Assembly: GCA_020137815.1 (NCBI GenBank)
Contig: CM035357.1
Span: forward strand, 4,836,001 to 4,900,000
Direction of reading: 5' to 3'
Source of the DNA: Hormiphora californensis
Taxonomy: Eukaryota; Animalia; Ctenophora
Length of the DNA stretch: 64,000 nucleotides
The notes below the pieces were generated by a model that saw only the letters and a program-made list of their open reading frames with translations, did not search any database and was not told where the DNA came from. Position 1 is the first letter of the stretch, and every line of letters begins with the position of its first letter. This document shows, one piece after another, positions 13,001-25,000 of this stretch. The translations under genes were made by a program, and so were the position numbers.

Positions 13001-16000
13001 CCGACGTCGACCCCCCATAACAAGGCCATTGCCTACAAAATGGCACCAGTGAAAAGTCTCTAAACCATTCCTAAGTGGCTGTAGCCATATAGCCAAAAAA
13101 CGGTTATGCACATATCTAATTATCCAATTATCTAATTAACCTGATGAGATAGAGACTTGATTCCAGCACCTACCCCCACTAATGCGAGGACGCTGATCAC
13201 TTTAATGCCCTTGGTTTTTTCTCTACTCCTATTCTAAGGGTACTTATGTTTTTGGACCTATACTGAAAATACAGGTGTCAATTAAGGCCAATTATCGGAC
13301 CTCCCCCATGGAGTTGGTTGGTAAACTTTGGTTTGGTGGTAGGGTGGACCTATTAGTACCATTTAGTGAAGGAATTACATTGCCCCTATAAATTTTATGT
13401 TCAAAGCACGATTTCGTCGGATTATAATGAAAGTTTACACGCTGTACTCAGTACTGAGTGCCCACGTGCACTTGCCATCATTAATCACAGAACAATTATA
13501 GAACGAGAGCTGAATATTCTTTCTATACAATTCCATACAAAGTATACGTGTACAATTAAATTATACAATCTCAACACTCATATGTTACTACAATATGATT
13601 GTGTAGGGAGAACTCTACAGAAAAATGGGATTTCTCCGGAGTATATTTTACAAAACAAAACACTCGTGTTATACATAATATCCTACAGAGACGAAAGAGT
13701 ACACACGTGGATTGCTATCTCTCAGTCTCAGGGAACCGGACAACGAAATGTTTCGAAATCTCACCCGGGAAGTCGGTGAAATGGTCAACGAAACCGTTAC
13801 TGTAAGTGAGGTTGATGATCGGAACAAAATTTGATAGTTAATTCATTGAATAACCGTTTAGCAATCCAAACTGAAACAATTTCTGATAACTGACATCCCC
13901 CTCTCCTCTCAGCTCGATGTGTACAGTGCGACGTTATTTGACTCCCTCCTCACCTATGCCTACGCAGCTAAGAGCATCATCGACTCCTACACACCAACAA
14001 ATTCATCCGAAACAACGGAAGAAAAGGAGACAAACATTTACACCAAAATAAAAAATGGAACCCTGGTTGCTGAGGTCATTGCGGGGTTGGAAACGTTCTC
14101 AGGGGCCTCGGGGGACGTATCATTTGACACTAATGCGGATAGGAAGGGGTCCATAGAGGTGTTTCAAGCACAGACGGCATCTGGTTCTTTAAAATTAGTG
14201 ACAATATTTGAAACAGTGGATGGGGAGCTGGAGAATGTGGAAAATGTTCCATATCAGTGGAACGATGGGAGTGATGTAAGAAAATTCCTTGAATACCTTG
14301 TTTTGTTCAAACCCTGGTCGTGGGAAAACAGAATGTGCCCCCCAATAACACGTGTTCCCCCTAAATTTAGAACGTGCCCCCATCCGCCAATAACACGTGT
14401 TCCCCCTAAATTTAGAAGGTGCCCCCATCCCCCAATAACACGCGTTCACCCTAAATTTAGAACGTGCCCCATCCCCCAATAACACGCGTTCACCCTAAAT
14501 TTAGAATGTGTCCCATCCCCCAATAACACGTGTTCCCTTTAGAACGTGCCCCCAGCCTGTGGGGAGGGGAGGGAGCTTTGTACAGAACCCGATCTAACAA
14601 AAACAGTCCTCCTTGTGGTTTTACCCATTGGTAAGCTAATTGATACACGCGTGCTTATATGGCTACACCTAATATTGGACCTTAATTATTTTTGAATTTT
14701 GAAGTTCCACCATTAAATAGTTGTTTAGTTAACAGCTTTCTTTCTAAATTAAACTGAATATTCATACAGGTGTCCTATTATTGGTTATTCTGGCTGTTCT
14801 ATTAATTTTCATGTTGTGGAGGAGCAAGGTTCAGAGGCTACAAGATCGGTGTTTATGGAAAATTAAATCCAGCGATGTGGAATTCAAGGATGCTGGCGCC
14901 CAGTCTGGAAGGTAAGGCTAGCATCCCACGAGTTATAGACATGACAGCTCTAAAAGTGTAGTTTAAATGATCTGAAAAATTCCGAAAGCATACCGACTCC
15001 GATTTACCCGAGCATACCGGTAAAATTCAAAACTAACAAGGCCAATATTTTCATATGCAGGTTCAGATCGGTGGATAGAAGTATGTCCCGGGTATCGACT
15101 ACCTCCGATGCCAGCCTTAATCATGGCATTGTGGCGTACTTCAAAAATGATCCGGTGTACTTGAAACATCTGAAAACTGATGTAAAACAATTCAACGTTA
15201 CGGATGATATTATTCTTGAATTTAAACAGGTCGGTGCAGTGGTACCAAGCAGCGCATACTGTTGATTGTGTATTTGTACTATCATGCACATGAGCCATAT
15301 TGGAGTATAGAATCCCAAAATTGAAGATTGTTAACCTGATTCTATTGCAGGTCCGTGAGTTGACCCAACAAAACCTAAATCCCTATATCGGGTCCTGCGT
15401 GGAGGTCCCAGATAATTTCTTCCTTGCATCCAGCTATTACCGTAAAGGATCCCTTCAGGATGTCCTATCAGATCAGAATTTAAAACTTGACGACATGTTT
15501 AAAATGTCATTCATCTTTGATATTTGCAAGGTAATTATAGTTATTGATCAATTATATTTGTTCATGATTTGGAAATTAAACGTAAGGCTTTTGAAATTAA
15601 CAAATCGATAATCAATTCAGCTAATTGTCTAACTATTATTCCTCAAATATCAGGGAATGCAAGCGATTCATAATTCTCCGATAAAGTTTCATGGGCGGTT
15701 AAAATCGTGTAACTGCGTCATTGACTCTCACTGGGTCCTTAAAATCACCGACTATGGACTTCGTGGATTCCTTTCAGAATATGCCCTGGTAAGACTTCTA
15801 AACATCAAATACAGTACAGACCCCGATTTACCGGGCCCCAATTTACCGGAACCCCCATTTACCGGGAGGATAAAATTCCCCCGATATAGGAAATTAATGG
15901 CAATTGACCCCGATATACCGGGCACCCCGATTTACCGGTCAAAACCCTTTCCCCTGAGCATCCCGGTAAATCGGGGTCCGACTGTAATACCACACCTGGT

Positions 16001-19000
16001 TGTGAGTGTTTATGATTTGTCTGATTACTATCGTAACTCCAATCTCAGATCGATCCGATGAAGTCAGAAGATGGAATTTATTTTGACATGCTATGGTCAG
16101 CGCCAGAACTAATTGGCTACGCTGAGGCCGGGGACAGAAAACTAAGTGGAAGTCAGAAGGGAGACATTTTCTCTTTTGCAGTCATTGTAACTGAAATAAT
16201 GAGTAAAAATGTGCCATACGGTGACCAGTTTAACTGTTCAGCAAAAGGTACGCCAATTGCTTCCATCTTTCGGGTTGTTGAGGAGCACTCAATAACTTAC
16301 GGGTGGGCCATATGGGCAATTTCTCATTTGCCGCATACGGCGTCTAGACGGCGTCGCACCGCCGTCTAGACGGTGTCTAGACGGTATACCGGCTAGACGG
16401 GTTTCGATAAAAATCAGCTAAAAACGGTACCAAAATTGCTTGAAACGGGTTATAGACGGTATCAGACGGTCTCTAGACGGGTTATAGACGGTATCAGACG
16501 GTGTTGCGACGGTATCAGACGGTCTCTAGACGGTACCGTCCCGGTGTCTAGACAGTGTCTGGACGGTCTCTAGACGGTATCCGTCCAAAGTTGAGACGGC
16601 ACGTCTGAAAATTGTACCAGACGTTGAGACGGACTTTTAGAACTCCGTCTGTATTTCAGATACCGTCTAGACAACTTCTCCAGCAATTTCGATACGAATA
16701 CCGTCTAAACAACGTCTAGACAACGTCTCAAATGCAGCTGTAAATAGAAATGTAAAAAGGAGATAATACAATATTAAAGTAAAAGTTGCCTAGACGGTAT
16801 TTGAAACTGAATCGCGAGATTCTGTTTAGACGTTGTTTAGACGGTATGTTGACCGGTTTCAGTTGAGACGTTGTTTAGACGGTACTTTCATCGATTTTCC
16901 TTTAGACTGCGTTTAAACGTACTTTTAAAACTCCGTCTGAAATACAGACGGAGTTCTAAAAGTCCGTCTTAACGTCTGGTACAATTTTCAGACGTGCCGT
17001 CTCAACTTTGGACGGATACTGTCTAGAGACCGTCCAGACACTGTCTAGACACCGGGACGGTACCGTCTAGAGACCGTCTGATACCGTCGCAACACCGTCT
17101 GATACCGTCTATAACCCGTCTAGAGACCGTCTGATACCGTCTATAACCCGTTTCAAGCAATTTTGGTACCGTTTTTAGCTGATTTTATCGAAACCCGTCT
17201 AGCCGGTATACCGTCTAGACGGCGGTGCGACGCCGTCTAGACGCCGTATGCGGCAAATGAGAAATTGCCCTCATATAGACACCTGGCGCGAGCTCAATCT
17301 CGGTCGCGCCAGGTGTCACCAACCCTGAACCGGGCCAAATCGCTATAAGATACATTTCGCCGACACACTCACTAGGGACTATCGCATCAATTTGATAGTC
17401 CCCTCCCTAGTGTGATCCCCAGACTCAGGCAAGAAGAAGAAGTAAAACGATAAGTATTTTTATTTTTTTAATGCATTCCAAATTCTACTCAATTCTCAAA
17501 ATTTTGAAAACAAAATATTTCTATAATCACACTCGGCGTTTTAGCCTGTAAGGTCCAATAAAGAAGGTCTAATAGGACCAATGTCCGATTACAGACCAAT
17601 TATAGACCAATTACCAACAAATTGTGGGCCCCCAACCACAAAGTACGCAGTCGGAATTAACACCTTTACAGTCGTCGTTAGTGTCACATCCAACATACCC
17701 GGCCTGATTGCCCCTTTGCCAGCACCATTGCCCAGTTTTCCCACACCACTTCCAGCAACTCCCATTACAACACTCACTTGCTGAAATAAAGGGGGGGGGG
17801 GTAAATGATAACCTGATATGCACGTTTTTGACCATAACTCAGCCATTTCTTGACCAATTTGCAAAATCTTGGGCTCATTGGAAAGAGGACATTGAGCTCT
17901 TTCAAGTGAGCCCAAGCAGAAAACTGCTGATTTGAAATTACATTTTGTGCCACTTTTTGGGCGATTTTTAACCCCTACTCCAATCCAGCAACTTTTTCGG
18001 CTCAAAATGGGTTGTTTACGATGACAACTGATAGAATGGACTACTTTATATGTGAAAAAGGCCAATTCTCAAAAATTTTACTTGCATTTTGACCATATTT
18101 TGATACGTGAGACGGCGTAGTGGCCAACCACTAGAAAACGGGCTATAGCCTTTGGAAGAAAAATAGACTGGTCCCTAAAACTGGTGTTGTGAGATCAAAA
18201 TTTCGTGCCGAACCGGTTCCTGTAAAAATTTTAGGGCTCCGATGAACGAAACCCCGAAAAAATAGCTTGCGAAAATCATTATCAATCTAATATTTGTATG
18301 TATACATATTTATTATATATATATATATTTAATATACACATTATATCGTCACCTTAAAGTGTTACAAAGTGTTACATAGTGTTACAAAGTGTTACATAGT
18401 GCAGTGTTACAAATTGTTACAAAGTGTTACAAATTAAAGGAAGTAATTTTGATATCTCCTTCTGGTGATCAACACACACACACGCCCTCTGTACAACAGT
18501 TTAATGGGGAATCTCACACATACACGGGCAGAACTCGGTTAAGGAGAGATTAATTAGTATTCTGAATAAAGAGTTCAGAGCAAGAATTAAATAGGGAAGA
18601 AAATCGAAAAATACTGGGTTTGACCGGGAATAGGGTTTGGTAGCTTAGTGGTTTATAGCTCCGAGCATGTCTCTCTGGAGGTCCCTGGTTCAATTCCCGG
18701 TCAAACCCAGTATTTTTCGATTTTCTTCCCTATTTAATTCTTGCTCTGAACTCTTTATTCAGAGTGTTACAAATTGTTACAAAGTGTTTCAAAGTGTTAC
18801 AAAAAGTGACCAAAAAATTTTTCTAGCGTAAAATACTGAAATAAATTTGTATTTGGCTGAACCTGACACTGTTTCATGGTGTTTTATACAACATATCCGC
18901 TTAAAATCGGGTGTACGGACCATATAAAATATGTAACACTATGTAACATTTTGTAACACTTTGTAACATGTGCAGAAAACTTTTTGTGCGTGTTACATGT

Positions 19001-22000
19001 TACAAAGTGAGAAAGTTTTGTTTTCTCCTTCCGGCTGGACAAATGAGTAGACGTGGTTTTTATTGTAGAAGAACGCAATAAAAACCACGTCTACTCATTT
19101 GTCCAGCCGGAAGGAGAAAACTAAACTTTCTCACTGATATGCGGCTAATAAACAATCAACCGATCCTTATTCTCTTATATGTTACAAAGTGTTACAAAGT
19201 GTTACGTGTCACCCCCCCCCTATGCAAAAAACTGCATCAAAATTGAGGTTCTGGATCGTTCTGGAGATATTGTCAAAAACGGGGTTTTACATCAAAATAC
19301 ATGTTAGTCAAAATCAGTTTTTGGCGTTTTTCTCAAAACTATGATATCCTTTCAACTTGAAGGTAACGATAGGGTAAGCTGGGGTGAAATGGCCCACGGG
19401 GTAATGTGGCCCATGTATGGGGCAAAGTGGCCCTAGTAATAACATGTGGTCACGTGACTTTTTCTCCAGCGGAGACCTGCTCGTTCTGTTCCGAATTTTC
19501 GCTTTAAAACTGCTGTCATTTCTGTTTGGGTTGGCCGATTTTAATTTTGCAAAAACTGCCAGTTAGGCTTTATAATTCTCTAAAACGTGGTATAAAAATT
19601 TTGAAGAAATTGGCAATTTTTTTGTCTTAATTGTCAATTTTGTGAAATCGGGGCAAATATGGCCCACTCTCCGGGGCAAAGTGGTCCACCTCTAGGACCA
19701 ATGAAATGGCGCCTGCAATACCACGTGACATTGGAATGCACTGGGGCAAATTGGTCCAGAACAAAAATGTAGTCCAGACGGTCAAATTAGGGGCAAAGTA
19801 GCCCATGTTCCGGTGCAGAACATGGGCCACTTTGCCCCTAATTTGATCGTTTCGTCCAACAACACCAGGCACGTGATAAAATCGAGCAATGCTATTGGCT
19901 TGGGCCACTTTGCCCCGGTGCAAAAAAAGCCCCGGTTCCAAAAAAAAGCCTCACCAAATTATTTGAATTGATTAATTAACCCATTAAATAAAACTTGTAG
20001 ATTTTAAAATTTAGCTCGGCTGAAAGGAAAAGGTTTCATTGGATAGCCTATATATTTTTTCTTCCTGCTGTATAAATTGGCAATTTATTAAATTGCGTAT
20101 TTTAGAACCTAAAATGTTAAAAGTGGGCCACTTTTACCCCAGCTTACCCTATACATACCCTATAAAATATTAATTGATCTTACCTTCGCTGGGCAGGGCG
20201 AAGAGCAGAAGAGCAAAGGTGCACAAAATCAGTGTCACTTTCATAGCGGTGTAGCTGTAGTTGATCAAAGAATAATATAATTGAGATGCGTATAATATAA
20301 TGTTGATTAGGTATTTCTAACGGCCCCTATTTAAAGGAGGGACCTGTCCTGTCCTATAACCGATCATTACTCTCCAATATGGCAACATGGAGCACTGTCT
20401 CCTTAGAGAACCAATGGTGGAGGGTGCTGCACTTAGTGAAAAATATTAAGCCAAGGTCCTGTCCGATAAACCGATCTTTACTCTCCAATATGGCAACATG
20501 GAGTACTGTCTCCTTAGAGAACCAATGGTGCTGTACTAGTGAAAAATATTAAGCTGTACTAGTGAAAAATATTAAGCAGCTGTCCTTGAATATTATTCAA
20601 GGACAGGCTAAATGTTCAATGAATAAATATGTTTAAATACTCTGAGCTGTGTGAGAGGACACCGTCACGATGTCTTGGTCTAGAAGTAGACGGTATCTAG
20701 ACGTTGTCTAGACACCGTCTAGTAGACGAGGTCGTCGCGAAGTTGAGAGGCACGTCAGAAAATTTTATTAAAAGTTGAGACGGACTTTAACAAGGCAACT
20801 TTTAGCCTGCTCCCTTGTGTGAGGGGATCGCCCTTCGGGCGTGCGAACATGAGGGGCGTGACGACGTGACGTGCCCAATGCAACTTTCCGTTTGCCGCAA
20901 ACAACGTCTAGATCGACTTGTTGAGTAAGGGGGAACTCAACAAAGATCGACAGGGTGTAGCAACGGTGTCCAGACGGTATTATATACTTTTCAGACGGGG
21001 TTGTACAAGCTAAGTCCGTCTCAACTCTTAATCTTAGTAAAATTTTCAAAATTGCCGTCTCAACTTCGCGACGAAACTGTTTAAACAACGTCTAGTCACC
21101 GTCTAGACGGCGGTGTGACGCCGTCTAGACGCCGTATGCGGCAAATGAGAAATTGCCGGCCATATGCTTATCAAGCTGGTGCAGGTACCAGCTGATATTC
21201 TATAAGTTAACAAAATTTCCCAAGGTTTATCGTAATCCTCATTTTCAGAGATTGTAGAGAAAGTGAAGGCGGGTTACAAGCCTCCCTTCAGACCAGACAT
21301 CCCCTTGGAATGTTCGGATGGATTATCAGAGCTGATCACCATGTGTTGGGATGAACAGCCCGCCCTGAGACCTGACTTCCCTAAAATACTGGGATTCCTA
21401 CAGGTCCTTCACCCTCAAAAGTAGGTGCAGTTGTGATCCTAGTGTAATAATGATACACAACATGTTTGTGCCAATTTAAAAAGATGATGATCAAGCTCCT
21501 AGACGACAGACGTGTCCCCTCACACTTCATTAAAAACCTGCCCCTGAGCTAATTCCATGGTTTTCCCCTGAGCAGACAGAGGTCAATAACGGACCGAATG
21601 ATCAAAATGATGGAGCAGTACACGGATAACTTGGAGGAATTGGTGGCAGAGAGGAGTGAGCAGTTAGCAATTGAAAAAGATAAAGCTGATAAACTGTTAT
21701 GCAGGATGCTCCCCAAGTGAGTAATTGCTCGTTAATTGACGTTTAGTTTTATTAATCTAAGCAACTTGTTTTCATTGTTGAATTTGGCTAAATTTTCCTT
21801 TTTTCAGACCAATCGCGGAAAAGTTAAAACAAGGGGAGCCGGTTCAGCCACAAGCATATGACGAAGTTACCATCTATTTCTCAGATATTGTCGGGTTTAC
21901 AGACCTCAGCTCTCAATCAACTCCTTTCCAAGTTTGTGGTGAAAATTAACTATGTTTTCCTAGATCCTTGAGCTCAAATGACCAACTGACTAGCTCGATC

Positions 22001-25000
22001 TTCTTTCTATATCTTCTTCCTCCATGCACTAAAACATCCAGGTGGTGGACCTGCTGAATGACCTGTACAGTTTGTTTGATGGTATAGTGGAGAGGCACGA
22101 TGTCTACAAAGTTGAAACTATCGGTGATGCATACATGGTTGTATCAGGTATGTGTAGAAGCAACTAAATAGCAAAGATAGCTGTGTTTGGTAATATATTT
22201 TAGTAAAGTATTTTAGTAAAGTATTTTAGTAATGGTAACATTTGTTGACGAACTGCTCTCCAAGGAAATCCTTATCAAGATTGATTTCATTTTTTAATAC
22301 CAACTTTGTTTCCCAGGTTTGCCAGTAATCAACGGTAACCGCCACGTGGCCGAGATCGCCAATATGAGTCTGGACTTCCTGAACTCTGTTAAACGGTTCA
22401 AAGTGAGACACAAACCAGACATTCAACTGAGGCTAAGGATAGGCATGCATACCGGTTAGTCGAACAGTTGCTCTCCCAATTCCCCTACCCTGCTCTCGCA
22501 ATTCCCCTCCTACTCTGCTCTCCCAATTCCCCTTCCTAGCCTATCCTGCTCTTGAGAGCTCTCCGACCAAGTTGCTTTATAATCTGCTCTCCCATGTTTC
22601 TAAAACACTTGCCCTCCCAGAACAAGTGTCGTCCTAAGACCTAACCTCCCTGAAACTTCCCCTGGCCTTCCTAACCCCACCTGCTCTCCCTGTTCCCTTC
22701 CTAACCTCATCTGCTCTCCCAGGTCCCTTCCTAACCTCACCTGCTCTCCCTGTTCCCTTCCTAACCTCACCTGCTCTCCCAGGTCCCTTCCTAACCTCAA
22801 GCTCACCTGCTCTCCCAGGTCCCTTCCTAAACTCACCTGCTCTCCCTGTTCCCTTCCTAACCTCACCTGCTCTCCCAGGTCCCTTCCTAACCTCACCTGC
22901 TCTCCCAGGTCCCTTCCTAACCTCACCTGCTCTCCCAGGTCCCTTTCTAACCTCACCTGCTCTCCCAGGTCCCGTCTGTGCGGGTGTAGTCGGGGTGAAA
23001 ATGCCCCGATATTGTTTGTTTGGGGACACAGTCAACACCGCCAGTCGAATGGAGAGCAATGGAGAGCCGCTGAAGATCCACATGAGCGATAGTTGCAAAG
23101 CAGCCCTGGACAAAGTTGGGGGATACGAACTGGAATGTCGCGGAGAAATAGCTATAAAGGTATGCAGTTGAGCTAGAATTACACATGTCATGAAACTTTT
23201 GAAATTGGGAATCCACATGTTCATGTTTGTCAGATTTAGCTTGCGTAAACCTTGTAACCTTGCAACCCACACATTGTAAACAACACATTGTAAGAGAACT
23301 TCATAAGACATCTACCACCTCAATCTTACCTCAATTTTGTACCCTCATCTGTACCCTCATCTGTACCCTCATCTGTACCCTCATCTGTACCCTCATCTGT
23401 ACCCTCATCTGTACCTTCATCTGTACCCTCATCTGTACCCTCATCTGTACCCTCATCTGTACCCTCATCTGTACCCTCATCTTTACCCTCATCTGTACCC
23501 TCATCTGTACCCTCATCTTTACCCTCATCTGTACCCTCATCTGTACCCTCATCTGTACCCTCATCTGTACCCTCATCTGTACCCTCATCTGTACCCTCAT
23601 CTGTACCCTCATCTGTACCCTCATCTGTACCCTCATCTGTACCCTCATCTGTACCCTCATCTGTACCCTCATCTGTACCCTCATCTGTACCCTCATCTGT
23701 ACCCTCATCTGTACCCTCATCTGTACCCTCATCTGTACCTTCACATGTAACAACTCACATGTAACAACTCACATGTAACAACTCACGTGTAACATCTCAA
23801 AGGGAAAAGGCAACATGACAACGTGGTGGTTGCCTGAACGCCCCAGAGGAGGAAAGTAGCCCGGCACATTCCCATATTTAGCAAACAGACCTCTGACTAT
23901 CCTGGCCAATGGGCATTTGGCAGCATTTGCTAATGGGGCCAGACCCCACTCTGGTAGATCTAGAAGGAGCCATTTTACCGTTTCAATGGGGTCTGCTGTC
24001 ACCATGGAAGACAGGAAGACTAGTTCTAAACTTCTTAAGATTTTGTAGTGTGAGTCTCGAGCAGTGGCACAGGATCAGTTTTCGCATGATTATGATATAG
24101 TAATCAGCAGGTTTTCAATCACAGTTTAAGGGTTTTTATCATTTTCTGCATCCAGGGGTCACCACACACCAAAGTTAAAATTAAAATTAAAATTTGACGT
24201 TTTTGGTCATAACTCTCCCATTTCTTGGCAAAATTGCTTCATTTTGGGCTTGTTGGAAAGAGGACATCGAGCCCGTTCTGAACAGCTCATGAAACTTGAA
24301 ATCCGCGCAAAGTGCGCGGCGTTACAGTGCAAAATGTGTGCGTTAAAATTTTAAAATTTTAACACACGCATTTTGCGCCTTAACGCCGCGCACTTTGCGC
24401 CGATTTTAAGTTTCTTGAGCTCTTTAGAACGGGCTCGATGCCCTCTTTCCAAAAAACACAAAATGAAGCAATTTTGCCAAGAAATGGGAGAGTTATGACC
24501 AAAAACGTCAAATTTTAATTTTAATTTTAACTTTGGTGTGTGGTGACCCAAACTTGTTTGATATTTTATCAATTTATAGCATGATTTGATTACTTTTTTA
24601 TGCATCCTACCAGGCACTATTCAAATCAACTTATCTCGAACACCTCCCTATCACTGGCATGATATTGATCTTATCTTGGGTGTTTTTTTAAGGGCAACCA
24701 TGGTTGATGACAATCCATTATTATCTAAAATCATACTGCCTGATTTCAGCTCTAACCCTGAATTTCTCACAGTATCCCTAACAGCTCCCACTCTTCCAAC
24801 AGGGCAAAGGAATCATGGAGACTTGGTGGTTAATGGGGAAAGAAGCAGAGTTGACAGATTCCAATGAGCTGCTGACGAGTATACCGGAACCTACCCCTAC
24901 TGCAGCAGCAACGATCCTAAAACCCAAATCATCCATAAAAAGATCAGCTGAGCGACGGAGTTTCAAGCGAGCGGGAAAACCAAAACAACCAAATAATACA

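Larger units (their letters stand above)
16315..21157. mobile_element. Composite foldback/Mutator-like element with 9-bp TSD carrying a cargo gene
   Basis: Left end GGCAATTTCTCATTTGCCGCATACGGCGTCTAGACGGCG (16315); right end its reverse complement (ends 21157); TSD ggccatatg at 16306-14 and 21158-66. No transposase ORF seen. Confidence 0.9.

Noticed and set aside
13599-13688. Acceptor at ~13606 as the start of a cyclase exon
   Set aside because: Leads to an in-frame stop; the acceptor at 13688 gives the correct phase and family-like sequence.
17589-18065. 158-aa minus-strand ORF with a Gly-rich segment
   Set aside because: Runs through MITE sequence. The overlapping Cys-rich frame is the one matching the acceptor phase and the signal-peptide exon.
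18633-18709. Possible functional tRNA gene
   Set aside because: The anticodon arm does not fold canonically and it sits inside a repeat; treated as tRNA-derived.
23227-23778. ORFs of repeated CTLI / YPHL / VQMR
   Set aside because: Translations of a 12-bp intronic minisatellite, open in several frames.
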